64,000 bases of DNA from Terriglobales bacterium. Its GTDB lineage: Bacteria > Acidobacteriota > Terriglobia > Terriglobales > Acidobacteriaceae. The translations under genes and the position numbers were made by a program. Each line of letters opens with the position of its first letter. Positions within the stretch are counted from its first letter, which is position 1. Below the pieces are notes generated by a model, which saw nothing but the letters and a program-made list of their open reading frames with translations, made no database searches and was not told the origin of the DNA. This document shows positions 44,363 to 53,796 of this stretch, one piece after another. The DNA lies in assembly GCA_041946765.1 (NCBI GenBank), contig JBHGAZ010000021.1, positions 4,279-68,278 on the forward strand. The letters are read 5' to 3'.

Positions 44363-46185
44363 TGAGCGCCGATGTTCTGGTCCCGCTCCCGGTCGCGCTC
44401 CCGATGGTCATGGCGGCGTTCCTCGCCGGCGCGAAACAATTTATTCCGCGCCGGGCCGCCGATCTTCTGACCATCTTCACCACCATCGCTGTCGGGCTGA
44501 TTTGCGGCGCGCTGATCTATTACACCGTGCCGGAGCCGATTGTTTACTGGTTTGGAGGATGGACACCACGTTGGGGAGTCGCACTGGGGATCTGCTTCGT
44601 TGCAACTCCCATTGCCTGCGGGTTTGCTGCGCTGGTGAGCACGCTGATGCTTGCCGCGCTGGTTTTTTCCTGGCGCTATTTCGACACCATCAAGACACTT
44701 TTCCACGTGCTCATGCTTGTCTTCCTGGGCGCGATGTGCGGTTTCTGCCTTACCGGCGATCTCTTCAATTTCTTCGTCTTTTTCGAGCTCATGAGCGCAT
44801 CGGCGTTCGCGCTCTGCGGCTACAAAATCGAGGAAGCCGGACCCTTGCAGGGCGCATTCAATTTCGCCGTCACCAACACGATTGCCGCGTTCTTGGTCTT
44901 GTCGGGAATCGGCCTGCTCTACGGACGCACCGGCGCGCTCAACATGGCGCAGATCGGACGCGCGCTCGGCAGTCAGCCGGACAGCCTGGTGATTACTGCG
45001 TTCGTCTTCATCATGGCCGGTTTCTTTGTCAAAGCCGCTGTTGTTCCCTTTCATTTCTGGCTGGCAGACGCGCATGCGGTCGCGCCTACCCCCGTGTGCG
45101 TGCTGTTTTCCGGAGTGATGGTGGAACTGGGCATTTACGCTGTCGCGCGCGTGTATTGGTCGGTAATGGATGGCGCGTTCGCCTCCCATCATTCGGCTCT
45201 GCGAGGTCTGCTCCTAGGGATCGGAGTGATCACTGCGTTGCTTGGCGCCATCATGTGCTACAGCCAGCGGCATTTGAAGCGACTGCTGGCATTCTCGACT
45301 GTCAGCCACGTGGGCCTGCTCGTGATCGGATTTGCATTGCTGGAACCGGGCGCACTGGCGGGAGCCGCGAGTTACGTTGTCGGGCACGGTCTCGTGAAAT
45401 CAGCGCTGTTTCTCTGTTCGGGCATTCTGTTACATCGCCTCGGCAGCGTGGATGAACTGGAATTACGTGGCCGCGGCCGTCACATGCGCGGCACTGCCGT
45501 GATGTGGGTGCTCGGCGGACTCGGGTTGGCCGGCATGCCCGGTTTCGCCACCTTCCTCGGAGAGCTCGAGATTGATCACGGTGCTGAGAAACTCGGCCAG
45601 GGCTGGCTGGCCTGGATTTTTTTCGTATCGGGTGCTTTGACAGCAGGAGCGGTGCTGCGTGTTGCCGGACGCGTGTTCGCGGGCTACGGCGGCAAGAAAA
45701 AAGACGCAATCACCGGGTCGCAAAAAATCGAAGAGCGTCGCGAAACTAAAGGCCCGCACAGGCGCGTCCCGTTGTCCATGGCACTTCCTGCCGCCGTGCT
45801 GATGTTGCTGGCAGTCTTAGTTGGTCTCATTGGCAATCGCATCCACCATGCCACCAGCTTCGCGGCTGCGGAATTGGCCGACCACGCCGGCTACCAGGCG
45901 CGCGTACTCGACGACGCCAGAATTCCTGTAAACATCTCCGGCGAGGAACACGAGACTGCCACTGCTATGGCGCGTAGCTATGGCGCGACGGCGGCCGCAT
46001 TTCTGCTTGCCTGGTTATCGTTGTGGCAAGGCGGCATGAAAAAGCACCGTGATGCTCTGCTCGGCATGGCTCTGCACCCGCTTCGCAGCATCCACAGCGG
46101 GCACATCTGCGATTATGTTGCTTTCCTAACCTTCGGCGTTGCCGCGTTTGGCGCAGTTCTCGTCGTCCTGTTTCGAATCTTGTAA
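44362..46185 (+). CDS. mrpD: Mrp subunit D (NuoM/N-like antiporter subunit)
   Basis: 607 aa. FFELMSASAFALCGY, FFVKAAVVPFHFWLADAHAVAPTPV, KRLLAFSTVSHVG. Confidence 0.8.
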   Translation: MSADVLVPLPVALPMVMAAFLAGAKQFIPRRAADLLTIFTTIAVGLICGALIYYTVPEPIVYWFGGWTPRWGVALGICFVATPIACGFAALVSTLMLAALVFSWRYFDTIKTLFHVLMLVFLGAMCGFCLTGDLFNFFVFFELMSASAFALCGYKIEEAGPLQGAFNFAVTNTIAAFLVLSGIGLLYGRTGALNMAQIGRALGSQPDSLVITAFVFIMAGFFVKAAVVPFHFWLADAHAVAPTPVCVLFSGVMVELGIYAVARVYWSVMDGAFASHHSALRGLLLGIGVITALLGAIMCYSQRHLKRLLAFSTVSHVGLLVIGFALLEPGALAGAASYVVGHGLVKSALFLCSGILLHRLGSVDELELRGRGRHMRGTAVMWVLGGLGLAGMPGFATFLGELEIDHGAEKLGQGWLAWIFFVSGALTAGAVLRVAGRVFAGYGGKKKDAITGSQKIEERRETKGPHRRVPLSMALPAAVLMLLAVLVGLIGNRIHHATSFAAAELADHAGYQARVLDDARIPVNISGEEHETATAMARSYGATAAAFLLAWLSLWQGGMKKHRDALLGMALHPLRSIHSGHICDYVAFLTFGVAAFGAVLVVLFRIL

Positions 46186-46310
46186 GGGGCTCCTCTTGTC
46201 AGTTGCGCCACTCGCGCCAGCACAGCTGCTTCCCCACCGCAGAGTCACTCAACGGGGACTGCTGAATCCGAGTCCCTGCCTTATAATTCTTCCTTCCGGA
46301 CAAATTCTTC

Positions 46311-48164
46311 ATGAACTCATCCGTAGCAGGGCAAGAACGCCTCAGGACCGTCCTTATCCCGGACACAACGGCGCCGCCTTCCACTCGCAACCGATTCTTC
46401 ATGGCGGCGATCCTGTTTCTGTGGCTCGTCATCTACGTGCCCGGCCTTTTCCGGCCGCCGCTGCTCGACGATGCGGATTCCGTCCACGCCGAAGCCGCGC
46501 GCGAGATGGTGTTGCGCGGCGACTGGGTCACGCTCAACGCCAACGGCATCCGCTACCTGGAAAAAGCGCCTTTGATGTACTGGTCCATGGCGGCCAGTTT
46601 CAAATTGTTTGGCGTCCATGATTGGTCGGCGCGCCTGCCGCTCGCGCTCGGCACGCTGGCTTTGCTGTTCGTGACTTACATTCTGGGCCGTCGCTCGTTC
46701 GGTGAGGAAGGCGGCTTCTGGGCGGCCACGATCCTCGCCACGGGATTCGGCCCTTACATCTTTACTCGCATTCTGATTCCCGACATTCTCGTGGGACTTT
46801 GGCTGGCGCTCGGCTTCCTGTTTTTTCTGCGCACCCTTGAGCAGCAACAGCCTTCGCGTCTCGACTGCTGGGGATTCGCCGTCGTTTCCGCGTTGAACGT
46901 GCTCACCAAAGGTCTGATCGGGATGGTATTTCCGGTCGGCGTCATTTGTCTCTACCTGCTCCTGACCCGCAATCTGAAGCATCTGTTGCGTCTTCGCCTG
47001 CTCTCCAGCACGCTGGTGTTCCTCGCTGTGGCGGCTCCGTGGCACATTCTGGCGGGACTGCGCAATCCCGCCGCGGGTCAGGCCCCGCACGGCTTCTTCT
47101 GGTTTTACTTCGTTAACGAACACTTCCTGCGATACCTGAACAAGCGCTTCCCGCGCGATTACGATACCGTTCCCCTGCTCGTCTTCTGGGGACTGGTGCT
47201 CGCCTGGGTGCTGCCCTGGAGCGCATTCGTCATCCAGGCTGCCGGCCAAATTCCACGCCGGCTGCGCGACTATGCCTCTGGCCTCGACCGTCGTCAGCGC
47301 GCCAATTTAGTATTTGCGCTCTGGGTGCTGGTAGTCGTGATCTTCTTCAGCTTCTCGACCCGGCAGGAGTACTACACAATTCCGGCATTGCCGGGGCTGG
47401 CGCTGCTGCTCGGAGGCTGGCTGGCACGTGAAGCCGAGTCGCCTGCCGGCAGCTGCCTGCGCCGCAGCGGCCGCCTCAGTTCGACATTTCTGCTCATGCT
47501 TGGTGTGATGGTGTTTGCCGGCGCTATGCTGGTTTTGCGCGAATCCAAGCTGCCGCCCGCCGGCTACGATCTTGCCGACTTGCTGAAGAAGAATCCCGAA
47601 GAGTACGCGCTCTCCTTCGGCCACATCTTCGACCTGACACCGCAAGCGATGGGCGCGTTTCGGGTCCCGTTAATGGGGTTTGCGCTCGCCCTGCTCATCG
47701 GCGCCGCTGTGAACTGGGTACTGCGCCGTCGTGATCTGCCTCGTATTGGCAATGTTGCCATGACCGCGATGATGATTGTCGTCCTCTACTGCGCACACCT
47801 GGGCTTGGTCATCTTCAGCCCGATCCTGACCTCCAAAGTGCTCGCCCAGAAAGTGCTCGCCGTCTATCGTCCCGGCAATGTCATCGTGATTGATGGCGAA
47901 TACGAGCCCGGCTCGACCATGAACTACTACACCGGCGTCCAGTGTCACATTCTGAACGGCCGCTCCGCCAACCTGTGGTACGGATCGCTGTTCCCAGACT
48001 CGCCCCAAATTTTTGAGGACGATGCCTCTTTCGCAAAGCTGTGGGACAGCGCCACTCGTGTGTTCCTGTGGACTGACAAGCCAATGCCGAAGCAGTTGCA
48101 AGGAAAGCAAGCCTTTGTTCTGGCCCGTAATGGAGGGAAAACCATCTTTACCAACCGGCAGTAA
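46311..48164 (+). CDS. GT39/ArnT-like membrane glycosyltransferase
   Basis: 617 aa, polytopic. PPLLDDADSVHAEAAREMVLRGDWVTLNANGIRYLEKAPLMYW is typical of the PMT_2/ArnT family. Confidence 0.75.
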   Translation: MNSSVAGQERLRTVLIPDTTAPPSTRNRFFMAAILFLWLVIYVPGLFRPPLLDDADSVHAEAAREMVLRGDWVTLNANGIRYLEKAPLMYWSMAASFKLFGVHDWSARLPLALGTLALLFVTYILGRRSFGEEGGFWAATILATGFGPYIFTRILIPDILVGLWLALGFLFFLRTLEQQQPSRLDCWGFAVVSALNVLTKGLIGMVFPVGVICLYLLLTRNLKHLLRLRLLSSTLVFLAVAAPWHILAGLRNPAAGQAPHGFFWFYFVNEHFLRYLNKRFPRDYDTVPLLVFWGLVLAWVLPWSAFVIQAAGQIPRRLRDYASGLDRRQRANLVFALWVLVVVIFFSFSTRQEYYTIPALPGLALLLGGWLAREAESPAGSCLRRSGRLSSTFLLMLGVMVFAGAMLVLRESKLPPAGYDLADLLKKNPEEYALSFGHIFDLTPQAMGAFRVPLMGFALALLIGAAVNWVLRRRDLPRIGNVAMTAMMIVVLYCAHLGLVIFSPILTSKVLAQKVLAVYRPGNVIVIDGEYEPGSTMNYYTGVQCHILNGRSANLWYGSLFPDSPQIFEDDASFAKLWDSATRVFLWTDKPMPKQLQGKQAFVLARNGGKTIFTNRQ

Positions 48165-48177
48165 GAAGGTGCGAAAG

Positions 48178-49347
48178 TTACTCCGCTTGGGTTACCGGCC
48201 GCAGCTTTCCGTTTTCCAGAATGAACTCGTCGCCGCGCCACGCGACGGTGTGTCCGGTATAGGACACAATCCAGATCAGCAGCGCCAGGACATCGCGCAG
48301 CGGCAGCAGCCACAGATCACCGGGAATTTGCGGATCGCGCAGCACGCGCTGTCCCACCACGATTGCCATGGTGTAGCGGATGGCCGCGGTGGCGCCCAGC
48401 AGCGCAAGCGTCCAGCCCGCGCCGCCGGCGAGCAATACCGCAACCAAGGCCCAAGGCAGGCCGAACGTCAGCGCCACTCCGAGATAGCCCCAACGTCGCG
48501 AGTCGCGCGTGCTGCGGGCCCAGCGCAATTGATGATCCCAGTAGGCGCGGAAGGAATAGTCCGGCAGGAATGTGTCCACCACCACGTCTGACATGATGAC
48601 TTCGAGGTGGGCGGCGGCAATACGCGCGCCCAGTTCGAAGTCATCGGCCAGATAATCCAGCAGCGGCTCGAATCCCCCGATCGCGGCCAGCGAGCGACGC
48701 GTGAATGCCAGCGTGGAACCGAGGGCAAACCGGATGCCTTCCAGTTGCCGCGCGGCGAGCACCCCGGCGGCAAAGTCGGTGCTAATGCCAACCGCTTCCA
48801 GCTTCGATCCCAGCGTGCTACCCGCCATGCCACGGTACATGGTTGTGACCATCCCGACACGCTCGTCCGAAAATGGCGCGAGAATGCGCCGCAGGTAATC
48901 GTGGCCGACGCGGATGTCACTATCGTTTACGATCAGGTGCTCGTAGCGCGCGTGCGGCAGCATCTGTACCAGGTTACTGACTTTGATGTTGGCACCCAGC
49001 AGGCCGGAGCAGACAACAAGTTCGATGCGGCGCTCGGGGAATTCCTGCCGCAACCGCTCCACCAGGGCAATTGCCGGGTCTTTTGGATCGCTGACGCCAA
49101 AAATGAGCTGGTACTCGGGGTAGTCCTGGAGACAATGACTGCGGAAGCTTTCATACATCTGGCGGTCGGCGCCGCGCAGCGGCTTGAGGATGGAAACGGG
49201 AGGCGTGAAGCCGTTGTCCAGTTTAGTTCGCGACCAGTCGCGCAGGAAATTGCGCGCGCTCCACAAGCATAGGACATAGTATCCGATGCCGCATAGCGCG
49301 AGCACCGCCAAAACTGCTTCGCCAAACCTGACAAAATTATGGGCCAT
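48178..49347 (-). CDS. GT2/GT21 glycosyltransferase (ceramide glucosyltransferase / HpnI-like)
   Basis: 389 aa. PPVSILKPLRGADRQMYESFRSHCLQDYPEYQLIFGV...VNDSDIRV...QLRWARSTR. Confidence 0.75.
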   Translation of the reverse strand: MAHNFVRFGEAVLAVLALCGIGYYVLCLWSARNFLRDWSRTKLDNGFTPPVSILKPLRGADRQMYESFRSHCLQDYPEYQLIFGVSDPKDPAIALVERLRQEFPERRIELVVCSGLLGANIKVSNLVQMLPHARYEHLIVNDSDIRVGHDYLRRILAPFSDERVGMVTTMYRGMAGSTLGSKLEAVGISTDFAAGVLAARQLEGIRFALGSTLAFTRRSLAAIGGFEPLLDYLADDFELGARIAAAHLEVIMSDVVVDTFLPDYSFRAYWDHQLRWARSTRDSRRWGYLGVALTFGLPWALVAVLLAGGAGWTLALLGATAAIRYTMAIVVGQRVLRDPQIPGDLWLLPLRDVLALLIWIVSYTGHTVAWRGDEFILENGKLRPVTQAE

Positions 49348-49468
49348 GTGTCAGGTTCAGCTTACCAAAGCGGCCGGACAAGGTCAGCTTCGTAAACACG
49401 AGCACAGTGTCGCAGCGGAGCACAAAGATCTCCCTGCGTGCTCAGAAGATAAAATATGTCACTGAAGA

Positions 49469-49909
49469 TTAAGCTGCTGCCGCAGTCGCTTCCCCAAAAG
49501 TGTCGGGCAGGATGCCGCCCGGTTTCTCCAGCGATGACGCGCCGCTCGCGACGTCCACGCCGCGCAAGAGTACGCCGGCGGGTGTGATGAAGGGGAGCAC
49601 GGCGATCTCAGCCGGCACTCGTGCTGCCGTCTTGACCTGCTCCAACATTAGCGACGCCATGCTGGTTTGCAGCTCAAACAACTCAGCGAAAATCGGCCCG
49701 AGGCTTTCGAAAACAAAGAGGCTGGGAACCAGCCAGAAAGCCTGCCGATACACGTCCAGCGCGTCGTAGTGGGATTGGACGGCAGCGTCCAGATATGCAC
49801 TGTGAAGCTTAGTGAGTCCCTGCATGCCACGGTCCCACAGGTTCACACAGTCGAACGCCAGGCTGGGGTCGGCAGCCTTGTCATTGACAATGAAAGGCCC
49901 GTATTCCAT
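49469..49909 (-). CDS. Hypothetical protein
   Basis: 146 aa from the ATG at 49909 (GGAGG upstream): MEYGPFIVNDKAADPSLAFD... Confidence 0.5.
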   Translation of the reverse strand: MEYGPFIVNDKAADPSLAFDCVNLWDRGMQGLTKLHSAYLDAAVQSHYDALDVYRQAFWLVPSLFVFESLGPIFAELFELQTSMASLMLEQVKTAARVPAEIAVLPFITPAGVLLRGVDVASGASSLEKPGGILPDTFGEATAAAA

Positions 49910-50130
49910 TGTGTCCTCCATCGAGCAGTTCGTTCTTCTGGTCACATTTTGTGGCCTAAGATTCTCTCAGTGACCATTCTGGAAGTGTGCGCAAGATCAC
50001 AGCAATAGATGCAAACAACTGCCGAAGGGAATCCCAATGACGCAAATCGGCGCACCATTTAATCAATCTGTCCGATAAATTTTTTCATTGCGGCAGTTGC
50101 ACAATGCTGTGGTTACAAAATCTCAATTGC

Positions 50131-50199
50131 TGTCATGCTGAGCGAGCCCCTCTTTTGCCGAGGCGCCGAAAAGCGTGGCGCGCTCGCTCAAGGATGACA
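50131..50199. repeat. Imperfect 17-18-nt inverted repeat (TGTCATGCTGAGCGAGC ... GCTCGCTCAAGGATGACA), REP/terminator-like
   Basis: Arms at 50131-50147 and 50182-50199, directly downstream of the permease stop at 50221 on the minus strand. Confidence 0.45.
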
Positions 50200-50220
50200 A
50201 ATCGGATAAACTGACAACAC

Positions 50221-51483
50221 TCACTCGTACCGCAACGCTTCGATGGGATCCAGATTGGCGGCCTTCCACGCCGGATAAATCCCAAACACGAGACCGATGG
50301 CTGCCGAACCGCAGAATGCGACCAGCGTCCAGAACAGTGACATCGTTGCCGGGAGCACTGACCAGGTCAGACGGATGACGTAGGTCAGCAGCCCGCCCGC
50401 AGCAATTCCCAATAAGCCGCCAATGAGAGTCAGTGTGACCGCCTCCAGCGTGAATTGCAGCAGAACATCGCGCTTGCGCGCGCCGATGGCTTTGCGTACG
50501 CCGATCTCGCGTGTCCGTTCCGTCACCGAAACCAGCATGATGTTCATCACGCCCACGCCGCCCACGATCAGGCCCACGCTCGATACGGAAAACATGAAGA
50601 TGAACACCGCCCCGGTGATCTGGTTCCAGATGTCGGCCAGCGAATCCTGGGTAAAGATCGAAAAATCGGCGGGCTCATCGAACGGCACTTTGCGGCGGCG
50701 GCGCAGCAGTTCGCGCATTTCGTCCATCGCGCGGGGCATGTCCCCGTGCGACGTGGGCTTCACGGTGATCCAGTGGGCCTTCTGCTCGGGATGCAGTTTG
50801 CGGAACGTGGTCAGAGGGAAATAGACCTTATTGTCTTCGGGATTTCTCCCGCCCCCACCGAGTACACTCTTCGAGGGTTCGGCAACTCCCACCACCGTGA
50901 ACGATTGACCTTCGATGCTGATTTCCTTGCCGACGGGATCCAAACTTCCGAAAAGTGTGTCGGCGGTTTCAGAGCCCAGCACGATCACGGGCGCGTGCCG
51001 CTCATCGTCCACTTCGCTGAACCAGCGGCCGGAACGCATCACGATGTCGTAGACATCTTTAGCCGAAGCGGTATCGCCTTCCAGGATGGTGTTCTTGGCG
51101 CGGCGGCCTTCGTACTTGACGACAAAGCTGCCCACACCCAGTTCGGGGCGAAAGTAGCGCACACCCGCGGTGACAGCTTTCACATGCGGCAGGGTTTTCA
51201 TCGCCTCCGCATCCTCGAACGTCAGTTCCTTGCGCTTGCGGATCTCTTCCGGAACATGCCCGAAATTCACCGGCGGACGATGAAAGGCGAAGATAAGGTC
51301 CGATCCCAAGCTGGAGATTACTGCCGAAACATTGCTGTTCAGCCCACGCACCACCGAGGAGATCCCGATCACCACAGACACGCCGATGACAATGCCGAGG
51401 ATGGTCAAGCCGGAGCGCAGTTTGTTTTTCACAATCGTCTCCAGCGCCATGCGCACGATTTCGGCAAAGTCGCGTCGTTGCAT
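50221..51483 (-). CDS. ABC transporter permease, MacB-periplasmic-core + FtsX type
   Basis: 420 aa. [18 protein letters not shown]...[14 protein letters not shown]...[20 protein letters not shown]. Confidence 0.85.
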   Translation of the reverse strand: MQRRDFAEIVRMALETIVKNKLRSGLTILGIVIGVSVVIGISSVVRGLNSNVSAVISSLGSDLIFAFHRPPVNFGHVPEEIRKRKELTFEDAEAMKTLPHVKAVTAGVRYFRPELGVGSFVVKYEGRRAKNTILEGDTASAKDVYDIVMRSGRWFSEVDDERHAPVIVLGSETADTLFGSLDPVGKEISIEGQSFTVVGVAEPSKSVLGGGGRNPEDNKVYFPLTTFRKLHPEQKAHWITVKPTSHGDMPRAMDEMRELLRRRRKVPFDEPADFSIFTQDSLADIWNQITGAVFIFMFSVSSVGLIVGGVGVMNIMLVSVTERTREIGVRKAIGARKRDVLLQFTLEAVTLTLIGGLLGIAAGGLLTYVIRLTWSVLPATMSLFWTLVAFCGSAAIGLVFGIYPAWKAANLDPIEALRYE

Positions 51484-51531
51484 AAAGCAGTTGTCAGTGG
51501 CCGGTGGCCAGCAACTATGATCTGAATAATG

Positions 51532-51557
51532 TGTAGAGACGTAGCTTGCTACGTCTC
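51532..51557. repeat. REP-like palindromic element, copy 2
   Basis: Identical 26 nt to 25548-25573. It lies between the two permease genes. Confidence 0.7.
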
Positions 51558-51568
51558 TAATTGCGTCG

Positions 51569-52798
51569 CTACAATTCGAATCTCAGCGCCGCTATGGGAT
51601 CCAGCGATGCAGCCCGTCGCGCAGGATAAACGCCAAAGAAAATGCCCACGCTGGCGGAAACCACCAGCCCCGCCAGAACCGCCCAGAGTTTGATCGCCGA
51701 CGGCATGCCGACCAGAATAGTCACGGTCTTTGCCAAGGTAATTCCGCCGACAACGCCTATCAGCCCTCCAACCAGGGCCATCGTGCTGGACTCAATCAGA
51801 AACTGTCGCGCTATGTCCGACCCGCGCGCGCCCATGGCTTTGCGAATACCGATCTCGCGCGTGCGCTCGGTCACGGAGACCAGCATGATATTCATGATCA
51901 CAATTCCGCCCACGATCAGCGCGATAGCAGCAATGGCGATCATGGCAATAAAGAAGCTGCTGCTGATGTTCTTCCAGATCCCCAGGAAGGTCTCGTTCGT
52001 CTCCAGGGAGAAACTGTCGGGTTTGCCCGGCCAGTCGTGGCGGCGTGCGCGCAGAATCACGCGGGCTTCATCCATTGCCGTTTCCAGGTTCGCGCCCACC
52101 CCGTACGCCTTACCGGCGATACGGATGCTCTGGTGCGAACCGTACTGCCGCAGCCAGGCAGTAATCGGAATCACCACCCAGTTGTCGCGGCTCTGGCCCA
52201 GCGTCTTGCCTTCCTTCTTGCCGACCCCGATCACGCGATAGGCGCGTCCGTCCACGCGGATTTCACGGCCAATAGGGTCCAGGCCCACCAGCAGCTTGTC
52301 GAAGACGTCGTAACCAATAATGGCCACGTCCGACGCGTTCCGCACATCCGAGTCGCTGATGCTGCGCCCGCTGATGAGGTCCAGATCGTAGATCGGGGCG
52401 TAGTCTGCAGTCCACCCACGTACCCAAGTGTCACTGCTCGATTGGTCCCCATACTTGACGTTACCGTTCGGCCAGAATCCCGATGCGCCCACGTACTGGC
52501 AGTGCTTGCAAGCTTCCGCAATGGCGCGGTAGTCATCCAAGGTGATGTCCTTGCGCTTCTCGCCTTCCAGGAAGTCGTCGGCTTTCGTCACTACGGGAGA
52601 AACTTTGCTGATCAGGAAGACATCGGCGCCCAGCCGGAAAATACGTTGGGCCACATATGCATTGATTCCGTTGACGAAGGTGACCACCGCAATGACAGCC
52701 GCCACCCCGATCACCACGCCCAGCAGCGTCAGGATCGAACGGAGCTTGTTGGCCCAGAGGGACTGGAGGGCAATACGAATGGCCTCAGAAGTATTCAT
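51569..52798 (-). CDS. ABC transporter permease, MacB-periplasmic-core + FtsX type (paralog)
   Basis: 409 aa from the ATG at 52798 ([21 protein letters not shown]...). [14 protein letters not shown]...[21 protein letters not shown]. Confidence 0.85.
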   Translation of the reverse strand: MNTSEAIRIALQSLWANKLRSILTLLGVVIGVAAVIAVVTFVNGINAYVAQRIFRLGADVFLISKVSPVVTKADDFLEGEKRKDITLDDYRAIAEACKHCQYVGASGFWPNGNVKYGDQSSSDTWVRGWTADYAPIYDLDLISGRSISDSDVRNASDVAIIGYDVFDKLLVGLDPIGREIRVDGRAYRVIGVGKKEGKTLGQSRDNWVVIPITAWLRQYGSHQSIRIAGKAYGVGANLETAMDEARVILRARRHDWPGKPDSFSLETNETFLGIWKNISSSFFIAMIAIAAIALIVGGIVIMNIMLVSVTERTREIGIRKAMGARGSDIARQFLIESSTMALVGGLIGVVGGITLAKTVTILVGMPSAIKLWAVLAGLVVSASVGIFFGVYPARRAASLDPIAALRFEL

Positions 52799-52962
52799 GC
52801 GGAGATCCTGATTAAGTTTAGCATTCACAGGCGCAGCCATTCGTAATCTGCACGGGAGCCCGTGCGCGCAAGAACAAGAAGGAACCACAGTCTGTCCCGT
52901 CCAATGGCGGCACGGCTCCAGCTTTCCCTGGCTGCAAACGTCAATTAAGAGTACGGAATCTT

Positions 52963-53348
52963 TCATCCCAGCAGGTGCGAACTGACGTACAAAGATGCGT
53001 AAGCCTTGTCCCCTGGGTTCTGCAGCTTTCGGTGGACATGCCAGCCCTTGAATCCTCCCTCCGGGGATACACTTCTGAAAACCCGTGCTCTTTCAACTGC
53101 CGCGCCACACTGGCGCCGGTCTTCTCGCCGCTTCAAGTGCAATAGGTGACGAGGGTTCGATTCCGCGGCAAGTGCTTCAGGGCTCTCCCGACCTCTTTCG
53201 CGGGCACATGGATGGCGCCCGGCACCTGCTCCGGGTTGCGCGCCAGCGCCGTGGCGCTGCGCGCATCCACGAAGACAACGTCGTTCATGTGTTTCTTGAC
53301 ATCATCAATGCTGATCCTGCTGATCTTCGTCTTGCCATCCGTTGTCAT
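52963..53348 (-). CDS. Rhodanese-like protein with in-frame TGA (candidate selenocysteine, motif C-T-U) and a 1-nt frameshift; alternatively a pseudogene
   Basis: ...VFVDARS...RTLVTYCT-TGA-SGEKTGASVARQLKEHGFSEVYP. After a -1 nt shift in the CCCC run at 53061-53064 it continues PEGGFKGWHVHRKL... to a stop at 52963. Track ORF 53133..53438 is only the part before the TGA. Confidence 0.5.
53100..53119 (-). promoter_or_regulatory. SECIS-like hairpin 13 nt downstream of the rhodanese TGA
   Basis: Minus strand CCgGCGCC-AGUGU-GGCGCGG: 7 bp with one bulge. The apical loop starts 21 nt after the UGA and contains GU. Confidence 0.35.
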
Positions 53349-53437
53349 GCTTACGCTTCCTTCCGAATCTCGGCATTGCAAATCGGGCCTACTTGCATCT
53401 TCGATTTCTATTGTCGGAGCCGGTCCGAGCCCAGACA

Positions 53438-53788
53438 ATGAACCATCCGTACTGCTCGCATGTAGGCCATAATGAAAGCGCTCCTTGCCCTGGCGCAGCT
53501 CTCAGGGGCGCGGTCGCCTTCGTTTCTGCCTCCGCATCACAGTTATTTGGTGAAGGTGTGTACGCCCGGAAATCTCTCCAATCCAAGTTTACTTCGCCCA
53601 CAGAAACCTGCCACATTTGCGTACAGACCATCTTCGGCCACATTCGCATGCAGGCCGATGACAAGCTGTTCGACTTGCCGCAGGGCAAGATGCTGGTGCT
53701 GGACCGTGCCGTCACTCAGGACGTGGAAGCGGTCGAGGAGAGTGCGTTCCTGCTTACTGTGGCCTATCCCGAAAATGCAGGGCCGTAG
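53438..53788 (+). CDS. Cupin-like small protein
   Basis: 116 aa from the ATG at 53438. ...ICVQTIFGHIRMQADDKLFDLPQGKMLVLDRAVTQDVEAVEESAFLLTV resembles the two-strand cupin core. Divergent from the rhodanese gene. Confidence 0.45.
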   Translation: MNHPYCSHVGHNESAPCPGAALRGAVAFVSASASQLFGEGVYARKSLQSKFTSPTETCHICVQTIFGHIRMQADDKLFDLPQGKMLVLDRAVTQDVEAVEESAFLLTVAYPENAGP

Positions 53789-53796
53789 GGTCTGCC

